From NCBI GenBank assembly GCA_030390025.1, contig CM059433.1, positions 186,001 through 250,000 on the forward strand: a stretch of 64,000 nt of DNA, read 5' to 3'. Below are positions 12,980-26,067 of the stretch, piece after piece (position 1 is the stretch's first letter; the number at the start of each line of letters is the position of its first letter). The stretch comes from Squalus acanthias (Eukaryota). The translations under genes and the position numbers were made by a program. The notes under the pieces were generated by a model. That model saw only the letters and a program-made list of their open reading frames with translations. It made no database searches and had not been told where the DNA came from.

Positions 12980-13744
12980 GGCCCAGAAATTAGGCTCCCT
13001 GGCTTCCCGCGGGTGCCATGACCGCGTGCGCACCTACCTACCGCGCCTGCCGTTGACCTCTGAGCCCACGGGGACTTCAGCTCCTGGGCCTCCTGCAGCT
13101 GCCGGCGCGCAGTGCTTGTGTATCTCAGGGGCGTAGTTAGTGCGATGCGTCCCTTGGGATCACGTGGGCCATGGAGAGCCAATGGCAGCAGACCATCTTT
13201 CATTCATAGATTTGACAGGAAGACCTGTCAAATCTATGAATTGAAATCGGTCCCAAAACAACACCTAAACTTCAAATAAATTGAAAAAAAACCCATCACA
13301 TTTTTAAAATAACTATAAGTTAAATAAATTAACTACTTTAAACAAAAATTTAAATTTTTGAAAAAATTAAAATACTTTTTAACAGCGCTAAAAATAAACT
13401 TACCTTTCTTTAAAGTATTTAAAAAAGATAAACCTGTTGAAATTTTTTTTAATTGTAATTAATTAACCACTTACCTTGTTAAAAACAGGTCCTGCGCCTC
13501 CTTTTTAAAAGCGCAGCTTCTTCCATACTTACCTTCCCGGAGAAACCTGAAAAAAAACCTAAGTTCGCTGCGTGCGCGCAGCCTCTCCCGCGCACGCGGT
13601 TCACCTCTGAACCCCTCCCTTCATGAGACCGGAAGTTCCGGTTTCCCGCGCATGCGCAGTGCATGCAGGAAACCGGCACTTCAGGAGGCCTTACGGGTGC
13701 GTACACAGCGCGTACTCACACGGCAAGTGCCGAATTTTTGGCCC
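12980..13744. mobile_element. Non-autonomous DNA transposon (PIF/Harbinger-like MITE), copy 1
   Basis: Interrupts array sequence TCAGAT-AAT-GAGG. Imperfect TIRs GGCCCAGAAATTAGGCTC / GTGCCGAATTTTTGGCCC, 3-bp ATT/AAT flanks, no ORF. Confidence 0.8.
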
Positions 13745-15638
13745 AATGAGGCTGTCCGTGTCCACGTGCAGCAAGACCTGGATAGCATGCAGGTTGGGGA
13801 TAATAAGTGGCAAGTAACATTTGTGCCACACAAGTGCCAGACAATGACCATCTCCAACAAGAGAGAGTCTAACCATCTCCCCATGACAGTCAATGGTATT
13901 ACCATCGTTGAATTCCCCACCATCAACATCCTGGGGGTCACCATTGACCAAAAACTTAACGAGATCAGCCAAATAAATACTGTGGCTACAAGAGCTAGTC
14001 AGACGCTGGGTATTCTGCGCAAGTGACTCACCACCTCCTGACTCCCCAAAGCCTTTCCACCCCCTACAAGGCACAAGTCAGGAGTGTGGTGGAATATTCT
14101 CCACTTGCCTGGACGGTTGCAGCTCCAACAACACTCACAAACCTCGACACAATCCAGGGGAAAGCAGGCTGCTTAATCAGCTCCCCATCCACCATCTTAA
14201 ACATTTATTCCTTCCTCATCCGGCGCACTGTGGCTGCTGGTGCACAGAATGTACTCTGGGTGGGGGACTTCAATGTCCATCACCAAGTGTGGCTCGGTAG
14301 TGGCTCGTGTTTGTTCTCTCACCACCTGCCGTGAACCAGTCTGGCTGCTATGTCCTTCAGGACTCAGCCAGCTCGGTCAATCATGGTACTACCGAGTCAC
14401 TGAGGACACCCCTTCATCATGTTGAGTGGCCCTACCACCGTGCTAAATGGGATAGATTAAGAACACATCTAGCAGCTCAAAACTGGGCATCCATGAGGTG
14501 CTGTGGACCATCAGCAGCAACAGAATTGTATTCCACCATAATCTGTAACCTCATGGCCCGGCATATCCCTCATTCTACCATTACCATCAAACCACACCTG
14601 GTTCAATAAGGAGTGTTGAAGAGCATGCCAGGAGCTGCACCAGGTGTACCTGAAAATCAGAAACCAACTTGGTGAAGCTACAACATAGGACTATATGCAT
14701 GTTAAACAGCGGAGGCAGCATGTTATAGACAGAGCTAAGCGATCCCACACCCAATGAATCAGATCAAAGCTCTGCAGTCCTGCCACATCCAGTCGGGAAT
14801 GGTGATGGACAATTAACAACTGACGGGAGGAGGAGGCTCCTTGAACATTCCTATCCTGAAGGCTGGCGGAGCACAGCACGTGGCTGCAAAAGACAAGGCT
14901 GAAGCCTTCGCAACCATCTTCAGTCACAAGTGCCAAGTGGATGATGCATCTCGGCCTCCTCCTGAGGTCCAACCAGCACAGAAGCCAGTTTCCAGCCAAT
15001 TCACTTCACTCCACGTGATATCAAGAACGGTAGAGCGCACTGGATACAGCAAAGGCTATGGGCCCCGACAACATCCCGGCTGCAGTGCTGAAGACCTGTG
15101 CTCCAGAACTAGCTGCACCTCTAGCCAAACTGTTCCTGTACTGGCATCTACCCGACAAAATGGTAAATTGGTCAGGTATGGCCAGTCCGCAAAAAGCGGG
15201 ACTAATCCAACAGCCAGTTACCACCCCATCAGCCATCTCTCCATCATCAGCAAAGTGATGGAAGCTGCCATCGACAATGCTATCACGAGGCACTAACAAA
15301 GCACAAATAACCTGCTCCCCGATGCCCAGTTTGCTTTCCGCCAGGACCACTTGACTCCTGACCTCATTACAGCATTGGGCCAAACATGGACAAAAGAGCT
15401 GAATTCCAGAGGTGAAGTGAGAGTGACTGTCCTTGACATCAAGGCAGCATTTGACCCAGTGTGGGACCAAGGAGCCCCAGTAAAACTGAAGTCAATGGTG
15501 ATCGAGTGAAAACTCTCCACTGGATGGTGTCATATCTAGCACAAAGGAAGATGCCTGTGGTTATTGTAGGCCAATCATCTCAGCTCCAGGTCATCGCTGC
15601 AGCAGTTACACAGTTACATTCGCAATTCGTCAGATATT

Positions 15639-16403
15639 GGCCCAGAAATTAGGCTCCCTGGCTTCCCGCGGGTGCCATGACCGCGTGCGCACCTACCTAC
15701 CGCGCCTGCCGTTGACCTCTGAGCCCACGGGGACTTCAGCTCCTGGGCCTCCTGCAGCTGCCGGCGCGCAGTGTTTGTGTATCTCAGGGGCGTAGTTAGT
15801 GCGATGCGTCCCTTGGGATCACGTGGGCCATGGAGAGCCAATGGCAGCAGACCATCTTTCATTCATAGATTTGACAGGAAGACCTGTCAAATCTATGAAT
15901 TGAAATCGGTCCCAAAACAACACCTAAACTTCAAATAAATTGAAAAAAAACCCATCACATTTTTAAAATAACTATAAGTTAAATAAATTAACTACTTTAA
16001 ACAAAAATTTAAATTTTTGAAAAAATTAAAATACTTTTTAACAGCGCTAAAAATAAACTTACCTTTCTTTAAAGTATTTAAAAAAGATAAACCTGTTGAA
16101 ATTTTTTTTAATTGTAATTAATTAACCACTTACCTTGTTAAAAACAGGTCCTGCGCCTCCTTTTTAAAAGCGCAGCTTCTTCCATACTTACCTTCCCGGA
16201 GAAACCTGAAAAAAAACCTAAGTTCGCTGCGTGCGCGCAGCCTCTCCCGCGCACGCGGTTCACCTCTGAACCCCTCCCTTCATGAGACCGGAAGTTCCGG
16301 TTTCCCGCGCATGCGCAGTGCATGCAGGAAACCGGCACTTCAGGAGGCCTTACGGGTGCGTACACAGCGCGTACTCACACGGCAAGTGCCGAATTTTTGG
16401 CCC
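15639..16403. mobile_element. MITE copy 2
   Basis: Same element at +2659 bp. Confidence 0.8.
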
Positions 16404-18297
16404 AATGAGGCTGTCCGTGTCCACGTGCAGCAAGACCTGGATAGCATGCAGGTTGGGGATAATAAGTGGCAAGTAACATTTGTGCCACACAAGTGCCAGA
16501 CAATGACCATCTCCAACAAGAGAGAGTCTAACCATCTCCCCATGACAGTCAATGGTATTACCATCGTTGAATTCCCCACCATCAACATCCTGGGGGTCAC
16601 CATTGACCAAAAACTTAACGAGATCAGCCAAATAAATACTGTGGCTACAAGAGCTAGTCAGACGCTGGGTATTCTGCGCAAGTGACTCACCACCTCCTGA
16701 CTCCCCAAAGCCTTTCCACCCCCTACAAGGCACAAGTCAGGAGTGTGGTGGAATATTCTCCACTTGCCTGGACGGTTGCAGCTCCAACAACACTCACAAA
16801 CCTCGACACAATCCAGGGGAAAGCAGGCTGCTTAATCAGCTCCCCATCCACCATCTTAAACATTTATTCCTTCCTCATCCGGCGCACTGTGGCTGCTGGT
16901 GCACAGAATGTACTCTGGGTGGGGGACTTCAATGTCCATCACCAAGTGTGGCTCGGTAGTGGCTCGTGTTTGTTCTCTCACCACCTGCCGTGAACCAGTC
17001 TGGCTGCTATGTCCTTCAGGACTCAGCCAGCTCGGTCAATCATGGTACTACCGAGTCACTGAGGACACCCCTTCATCATGTTGAGTGGCCCTACCACCGT
17101 GCTAAATGGGATAGATTAAGAACACATCTAGCAGCTCAAAACTGGGCATCCATGAGGTGCTGTGGACCATCAGCAGCAACAGAATTGTATTCCACCATAA
17201 TCTGTAACCTCATGGCCCGGCATATCCCTCATTCTACCATTACCATCAAACCACACCTGGTTCAATAAGGAGTGTTGAAGAGCATGCCAGGAGCTGCACC
17301 AGGTGTACCTGAAAATCAGAAACCAACTTGGTGAAGCTACAACATAGGACTATATGCATGTTAAACAGCGGAGGCAGCATGTTATAGACAGAGCTAAGCG
17401 ATCCCACACCCAATGAATCAGATCAAAGCTCTGCAGTCCTGCCACATCCAGTCGGGAATGGTGATGGACAATTAACAACTGACGGGAGGAGGAGGCTCCT
17501 TGAACATTCCTATCCTGAAGGCTGGCGGAGCACAGCACGTGGCTGCAAAAGACAAGGCTGAAGCCTTCGCAACCATCTTCAGTCACAAGTGCCAAGTGGA
17601 TGATGCATCTCGGCCTCCTCCTGAGGTCCAACCAGCACAGAAGCCAGTTTCCAGCCAATTCACTTCACTCCACGTGATATCAAGAACGGTAGAGCGCACT
17701 GGATACAGCAAAGGCTATGGGCCCCGACAACATCCCGGCTGCAGTGCTGAAGACCTGTGCTCCAGAACTAGCTGCACCTCTAGCCAAACTGTTCCTGTAC
17801 TGGCATCTACCCGACAAAATGGTAAATTGGTCAGGTATGGCCAGTACGCAAAAAGCGGGACTAATCCAACAGCCAGTTACCACCCCATCAGCCATCTCTC
17901 CATCATCAGCAAAGTGATGGAAGCTGCCATCGACAATGCTATCACGAGGCACTAACAAAGCACAAATAACCTGCTCCCCGATGCCCAGTTTGCTTTCCGC
18001 CAGGACCACTTGACTCCTGACCTCATTACAGCATTGGGCCAAACATGGACAAAAGAGCTGAATTCCAGAGGTGAAGTGAGAGTGACTGTCCTTGACATCA
18101 AGGCAGCATTTGACCCAGTGTGGGACCAAGGAGCCCCAGTAAAACTGAAGTCAATGGTGATCGAGTGAAAACTCTCCACTGGATGGTGTCATATCTAGCA
18201 CAAAGGAAGATGCCTGTGGTTATTGTAGGCCAATCATCTCAGCTCCAGGTCATCGCTGCAGCAGTTACACAGTTACATTCGCAATTCGTCAGATATT

Positions 18298-19062
18298 GGC
18301 CCAGAAATTAGGCTCCCTGGCTTCCCGCGGGTGCCATGACCGCGTGCGCACCTACCTACCGCGCCTGCCGTTGACCTCTGAGCCCACGGGGACTTCAGCT
18401 CCTGGGCCTCCTGCAGCTGCCGGCGCGCAGTGCTTGTGTATCTCAGGGGCGTAGTTAGTGCGATGCGTCCCTTGGGATCACGTGGGCCATGGAGAGCCAA
18501 TGGCAGCAGACCATCTTTCATTCATAGATTTGACAGGAAGACCTGTCAAATCTATGAATTGAAATCGGTCCCAAAACAACACCTAAACTTCAAATAAATT
18601 GAAAAAAAACCCATCACATTTTTAAAATAACTATAAGTTAAATAAATTAACTACTTTAAACAAAAATTTAAATTTTTGAAAAAATTAAAATACTTTTTAA
18701 CAGCGCTAAAAATAAACTTACCTTTCTTTAAAGTATTTAAAAAAGATAAACCTGTTGAAATTTTTTTTAATTGTAATTAATTAACCACTTACCTTGTTAA
18801 AAACAGGTCCTGCGCCTCCTTTTTAAAAGCGCAGCTTCTTCCATACTTACCTTCCCGGAGAAACCTGAAAAAAAACCTAAGTTCGCTGCGTGCGCGCAGC
18901 CTCTCCCGCGCACGCGGTTCACCTCTGAACCCCTCCCTTCATGAGACCGGAAGTTCCGGTTTCCCGCGCATGCGCAGTGCATGCAGGAAACCGGCACTTC
19001 AGGAGGCCTTACGGGTGCGTACACAGCGCGTACTCACACGGCAAGTGCCGAATTTTTGGCCC
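18298..19062. mobile_element. MITE copy 3
   Basis: Same element at +2x2659 bp. Confidence 0.8.
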
Positions 19063-20956
19063 AATGAGGCTGTCCGTGTCCACGTGCAGCAAGACCTGGA
19101 TAGCATGCAGGTTGGGGATAATAAGTGGCAAGTAACATTTGTGCCACACAAGTGCCAGACAATGACCATCTCCAACAAGAGAGAGTCTAACCATCTCCCC
19201 ATGACAGTCAATGGTATTACCATCGTTGAATTCCCCACCATCAACATCCTGGGGGTCACCATTGACCAAAAACTTAACGAGATCAGCCAAATAAATACTG
19301 TGGCTACAAGAGCTAGTCAGACGCTGGGTATTCTGCGCAAGTGACTCACCACCTCCTGACTCCCCAAAGCCTTTCCACCCCCTACAAGGCACAAGTCAGG
19401 AGTGTGGTGGAATATTCTCCACTTGCCTGGACGGTTGCAGCTCCAACAACACTCACAAACCTCGACACAATCCAGGGGAAAGCAGGCTGCTTAATCAGCT
19501 CCCCATCCACCATCTTAAACATTTATTCCTTCCTCATCCGGCGCACTGTGGCTGCTGGTGCACAGAATGTACTCTGGGTGGGGGACTTCAATGTCCATCA
19601 CCAAGTGTGGCTCGGTAGTGGCTCGTGTTTGTTCTCTCACCACCTGCCGTGAACCAGTCTGGCTGCTATGTCCTTCAGGACTCAGCCAGCTCGGTCAATC
19701 ATGGTACTACCGAGTCACTGAGGACACCCCTTCATCATGTTGAGTGGCCCTACCACCGTGCTAAATGGGATAGATTAAGAACACATCTAGCAGCTCAAAA
19801 CTGGGCATCCATGAGGTGCTGTGGACCATCAGCAGCAACAGAATTGTATTCCACCATAATCTGTAACCTCATGGCCCGGCATATCCCTCATTCTACCATT
19901 ACCATCAAACCACACCTGGTTCAATAAGGAGTGTTGAAGAGCATGCCAGGAGCTGCACCAGGTGTACCTGAAAATCAGAAACCAACTTGGTGAAGCTACA
20001 ACATAGGACTATATGCATGTTAAACAGCGGAGGCAGCATGTTATAGACAGAGCTAAGCGATCCCACACCCAATGAATCAGATCAAAGCTCTGCAGTCCTG
20101 CCACATCCAGTCGGGAATGGTGATGGACAATTAACAACTGACGGGAGGAGGAGGCTCCTTGAACATTCCTATCCTGAAGGCTGGCGGAGCACAGCACGTG
20201 GCTGCAAAAGACAAGGCTGAAGCCTTCGCAACCATCTTCAGTCACAAGTGCCAAGTGGATGATGCATCTCGGCCTCCTCCTGAGGTCCAACCAGCACAGA
20301 AGCCAGTTTCCAGCCAATTCACTTCACTCCACGTGATATCAAGAACGGTAGAGCGCACTGGATACAGCAAAGGCTATGGGCCCCGACAACATCCCGGCTG
20401 CAGTGCTGAAGACCTGTGCTCCAGAACTAGCTGCACCTCTAGCCAAACTGTTCCTGTACTGGCATCTACCCGACAAAATGGTAAATTGGTCAGGTATGGC
20501 CAGTCCGCAAAAAGCGGGACTAATCCAACAGCCAGTTACCACCCCATCAGCCATCTCTCCATCATCAGCAAAGTGATGGAAGCTGCCATCGACAATGCTA
20601 TCACGAGGCACTAACAAAGCACAAATAACCTGCTCCCCGATGCCCAGTTTGCTTTCCGCCAGGACCACTTGACTCCTGACCTCATTACAGCATTGGGCCA
20701 AACATGGACAAAAGAGCTGAATTCCAGAGGTGAAGTGAGAGTGACTGTCCTTGACATCAAGGCAGCATTTGACCCAGTGTGGGACCAAGGAGCCCCAGTA
20801 AAACTGAAGTCAATGGTGATCGAGTGAAAACTCTCCACTGGATGGTGTCATATCTAGCACAAAGGAAGATGCCTGTGGTTATTGTAGGCCAATCATCTCA
20901 GCTCCAGGTCATCGCTGCAGCAGTTACACAGTTACATTCGCAATTCGTCAGATATT

Positions 20957-21721
20957 GGCCCAGAAATTAGGCTCCCTGGCTTCCCGCGGGTGCCATGACC
21001 GCGTGCGCACCTACCTACCGCGCCTGCCGTTGACCTCTGAGCCCACGGGGACTTCAGCTCCTGGGCCTCCTGCAGCTGCCGGCGCGCAGTGCTTGTGTAT
21101 CTCAGGGGCGTAGTTAGTGCGATGCGTCCCTTGGGATCACGTGGGCCATGGAGAGCCAATGGCAGCAGACCATCTTTCATTCATAGATTTGACAGGAAGA
21201 CCTGTCAAATCTATGAATTGAAATCGGTCCCAAAACAACACCTAAACTTCAAATAAATTGAAAAAAAACCCATCACATTTTTAAAATAACTATAAGTTAA
21301 ATAAATTAACTACTTTAAACAAAAATTTAAATTTTTGAAAAAATTAAAATACTTTTTAACAGCGCTAAAAATAAACTTACCTTTCTTTAAAGTATTTAAA
21401 AAAGATAAACCTGTTGAAATTTTTTTTAATTGTAATTAATTAACCACTTACCTTGTTAAAAACAGGTCCTGCGCCTCCTTTTTAAAAGCGCAGCTTCTTC
21501 CATACTTACCTTCCCGGAGAAACCTGAAAAAAAACCTAAGTTCGCTGCGTGCGCGCAGCCTCTCCCGCGCACGCGGTTCACCTCTGAACCCCTCCCTTCA
21601 TGAGACCGGAAGTTCCGGTTTCCCGCGCATGCGCAGTGCATGCAGGAAACCGGCACTTCAGGAGGCCTTACGGGTGCGTACACAGCGCGTACTCACACGG
21701 CAAGTGCCGAATTTTTGGCCC
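20957..21721. mobile_element. MITE copy 4
   Basis: Same element at +3x2659 bp. Confidence 0.8.
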
Positions 21722-23615
21722 AATGAGGCTGTCCGTGTCCACGTGCAGCAAGACCTGGATAGCATGCAGGTTGGGGATAATAAGTGGCAAGTAACATTTG
21801 TGCCACACAAGTGCCAGACAATGACCATCTCCAACAAGAGAGAGTCTAACCATCTCCCCATGACAGTCAATGGTATTACCATCGTTGAATTCCCCACCAT
21901 CAACATCCTGGGGGTCACCATTGACCAAAAACTTAACGAGATCAGCCAAATAAATACTGTGGCTACAAGAGCTAGTCAGACGCTGGGTATTCTGCGCAAG
22001 TGACTCACCACCTCCTGACTCCCCAAAGCCTTTCCACCCTCTACAAGGCACAAGTCAGGAGTGTGGTGGAATATTCTCCACTTGCCTGGACGGTTGCAGC
22101 TCCAACAACACTCACAAACCTCGACACAATCCAGGGGAAAGCAGGCTGCTTAATCAGCTCCCCATCCACCATCTTAAACATTTATTCCTTCCTCATCCGG
22201 CGCACTGTGGCTGCTGGTGCACAGAATGTACTCTGGGTGGGGGACTTCAATGTCCATCACCAAGTGTGGCTCGGTAGTGGCTCGTGTTTGTTCTCTCACC
22301 ACCTGCCGTGAACCAGTCTGGCTGCTATGTCCTTCAGGACTCAGCCAGCTCGGTCAATCATGGTACTACCGAGTCACTGAGGACACCCCTTCATCATGTT
22401 GAGTGGCCCTACCACCGTGCTAAATGGGATAGATTAAGAACACATCTAGCAGCTCAAAACTGGGCATCCATGAGGTGCTGTGGACCATCAGCAGCAACAG
22501 AATTGTATTCCACCATAATCTGTAACCTCATGGCCCGGCATATCCCTCATTCTACCATTACCATCAAACCACACCTGGTTCAATAAGGAGTGTTGAAGAG
22601 CATGCCAGGAGCTGCACCAGGTGTACCTGAAAATCAGAAACCAACTTGGTGAAGCTACAACATAGGACTATATGCATGTTAAACAGCGGAGGCAGCATGT
22701 TATAGACAGAGCTAAGCGATCCCACACCCAATGAATCAGATCAAAGCTCTGCAGTCCTGCCACATCCAGTCGGGAATGGTGATGGACAATTAACAACTGA
22801 CGGGAGGAGGAGGCTCCTTGAACATTCCTATCCTGAAGGCTGGCGGAGCACAGCACGTGGCTGCAAAAGACAAGGCTGAAGCCTTCGCAACCATCTTCAG
22901 TCACAAGTGCCAAGTGGATGATGCATCTCGGCCTCCTCCTGAGGTCCAACCAGCACAGAAGCCAGTTTCCAGCCAATTCACTTCACTCCACGTGATATCA
23001 AGAACGGTAGAGCGCACTGGATACAGCAAAGGCTATGGGCCCCGACAACATCCCGGCTGCAGTGCTGAAGACCTGTGCTCCAGAACTAGCTGCACCTCTA
23101 GCCAAACTGTTCCTGTACTGGCATCTACCCGACAAAATGGTAAATTGGTCAGGTATGGCCAGTCCGCAAAAAGCGGGACTAATCCAACAGCCAGTTACCA
23201 CCCCATCAGCCATCTCTCCATCATCAGCAAAGTGATGGAAGCTGCCATCGACAATGCTATCACGAGGCACTAACAAAGCACAAATAACCTGCTCCCCGAT
23301 GCCCAGTTTGCTTTCCGCCAGGACCACTTGACTCCTGACCTCATTACAGCATTGGGCCAAACATGGACAAAAGAGCTGAATTCCAGAGGTGAAGTGAGAG
23401 TGACTGTCCTTGACATCAAGGCAGCATTTGACCCAGTGTGGGACCAAGGAGCCCGAGTAAAACTGAAGTCAATGGTGATCGAGTGAAAACTCTCCACTGG
23501 ATGGTGTCATATCTAGCACAAAGGAAGATGCCTGTGGTTATTGTAGGCCAATCATCTCAGCTCCAGGTCATCGCTGCAGCAGTTACACAGTTACATTCGC
23601 AATTCGTCAGATATT

Positions 23616-24380
23616 GGCCCAGAAATTAGGCTCCCTGGCTTCCCGCGGGTGCCATGACCGCGTGCGCACCTACCTACCGCGCCTGCCGTTGACCTCTGAG
23701 CCCACGGGGACTTCAGCTCCTGGGCCTCCTGCAGCTGCCGGCGCGCAGTGCTTGTGTATCTCAGGGGCGTAGTTAGTGCGATGCGTCCCTTGGGATCACG
23801 TGGGCCATGGAGAGCCAATGGCAGCAGACCATCTTTCATTCATAGATTTGACAGGAAGACCTGTCAAATCTATGAATTGAAATCGGTCCCAAAACAACAC
23901 CTAAACTTCAAATAAATTGAAAAAAAACCCATCACATTTTTAAAATAACTATAAGTTAAATAAATTAACTACTTTAAACAAAAATTTAAATTTTTGAAAA
24001 AATTAAAATACTTTTTAACAGCGCTAAAAATAAACTTACCTTTCTTTAAAGTATTTAAAAAAGATAAACCTGTTGAAATTTTTTTTAATTGTAATTAATT
24101 AACCACTTACCTTGTTAAAAACAGGTCCTGCGCCTCCTTTTTAAAAGCGCAGCTTCTTCCATACTTACCTTCCCGGAGAAACCTGAAAAAAAACCTAAGT
24201 TCGCTGCGTGCGCGCAGCCTCTCCCGCGCACGCGGTTCACCTCTGAACCCCTCCCTTCATGAGACCGGAAGTTCCGGTTTCCCGCGCATGCGCAGTGCAT
24301 GCAGGAAACCGGCACTTCAGGAGGCCTTACGGGTGCGTACACAGCGCGTACTCACACGGCAAGTGCCGAATTTTTGGCCC
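23616..24380. mobile_element. MITE copy 5
   Basis: Same element at +4x2659 bp. Confidence 0.8.
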
Positions 24381-26067
24381 AATGAGGCTGTCCGTGTCCA
24401 CGTGCAGCAAGACCTGGATAGCATGCAGGTTGGGGATAATAAGTGGCAAGTAACATTTGTGCCACACAAGTGCCAGACAATGACCATCTCCAACAAGAGA
24501 GAGTCTAACCATCTCCCCATGACAGTCAATGGTATTACCATCGTTGAATTCCCCACCATCAACATCCTGGGGGTCACCATTGACCAAAAACTTAACGAGA
24601 TCAGCCAAATAAATACTGTGGCTACAAGAGCTAGTCAGACGCTGGGTATTCTGCGCAAGTGACTCACCACCTCCTGACTCCCCAAAGCCTTTCCACCCCC
24701 TACAAGGCACAAGTCAGGAGTGTGATGGAATATTCTCCACTTGCCTGGACGGTTGCAGCTCCAACAACACTCACAAACCTCGACACAATCCAAGGGAAAG
24801 CAGGCTGCTTAATCAGCTCCCCATCCACCATCTTAAACATTTATTCCTTCCTCATCCGGCGCACTGTGGCTGCTGGTGCACAGAATGTACTCTGGGTGGG
24901 GGACTTCAATGTCCATCACCAAGTGTGGCTCGGTAGTGGCTCGTGTTTGTTCTCTCACCACCTGCCGTGAACCAGTCTGGCTGCTATGTCCTTCAGGACT
25001 CAGCCAGCTCGGTCAATCATGGTACTACCGAGTCACTGAGGACACCCCTTCATCATGTTGAGTGGCCCTACCACCGTGCTAAATGGGATAGATTAAGAAC
25101 ACATCTAGCAGCTCAAAACTGGGCATCCATGAGGCGCTGTGGGCCATCAGCAGCAACAGAATTGTATTCCACCATAATCTGTAAACTCATGGCCTGGCAT
25201 ATCCCTCATTCTACCATTACCATCAAACCAGCCCTGGTTCAATAAGGAGTGTTGAAGAGCATTCCAGGAGCTGCACCAGGTGTATCTGAAAATCAGAAAC
25301 CAACTTGGTGAAGCTACAACACAGGACTATATGCATATTAAACAGCGGAGGCAGCGTGCTATAGCCAGAGCGAAGCGATCCCACACCCAATGGATCAGAT
25401 CAAAGCTCTGCAGTCCTGTCACATCCAGTCGGGAATGGTGATGGACAATTAAACAAGTAACGGGAGGAGGAGGCTCCTTGAACATCCACATCCTCAATGA
25501 TGGTGGAGCACAGCACGTGAGTGAAAAAGACAAGGCTGAAGCCTTCGTAACCATCTTCACTCACAAGTGCCAAGGGGATGATGCATCTCGGCCTGCTCCT
25601 GAGGTCCCACCATCACAGAAGCCAGTCTTCAGCCAATTCACTTCACTCCACGTGATATCAAGAACGGTACAGCGCACTGGATACAGCAAAGGCTATGGGT
25701 TCTGACAACATCGCAGCTGCAGAGCTGAAGACCTGTGTTCAGAACTAGCTGCACCACTATCCAAGCTGTTCCTGTACTGGCATGTCCCCGACAAAGTGGT
25801 AAATTGGCCAGGTTTGTACAGTCCACAAAAAGCTGGACTAATCCAACAGCCCGTTACCATCCCTTCAGCCATCTCTCCATCATCAGCAAAGTGATGGAAG
25901 CTGTCATCGACAATGCTATCAAGCGGCACTAACAAAGCACAAATAACCAGCTCACCGATGACCAGTTTGGTTTCCGTCAGGACCACTTGGCTCCTGACCG
26001 CATTACAGCCTTGGTCCAAACATGGACAAAAGAGCTGAATTCCAGAGGTGAGGTGAGAGTGACTGTC

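Larger units (their letters stand above)
11773..25134 (+). repeat. Five near-identical 2659-bp tandem units
   Basis: The ORF track recurs at exact 2659-bp offsets (12182, 14841, 17500, 20159, 22818). Only isolated substitutions were seen (e.g. near 15774, 17846, 22040, 23455, 24725). Confidence 0.97.
8503..26067 (+). repeat. Tandem macrosatellite of a degenerate CR1/L2-group non-LTR ORF2 fragment, block 1
   Basis: Head-to-tail units carry frameshifted motifs VLWVGDFNVHH (endonuclease), GPDNIP, LDIKAAFDRVWH and YKAQVRSxMEY (RT). The period is 1805 bp in older units (9225 to 11030) and 2659 bp in MITE-bearing units. Confidence 0.93.

Noticed and set aside
11773..25134. Recurrent 60-150 aa ORFs as a tandem gene family or CRISPR-like array
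   Set aside because: They are frameshifted LINE ORF2 pieces and their antisense frames. There is no repeat-spacer structure and the context is eukaryotic.
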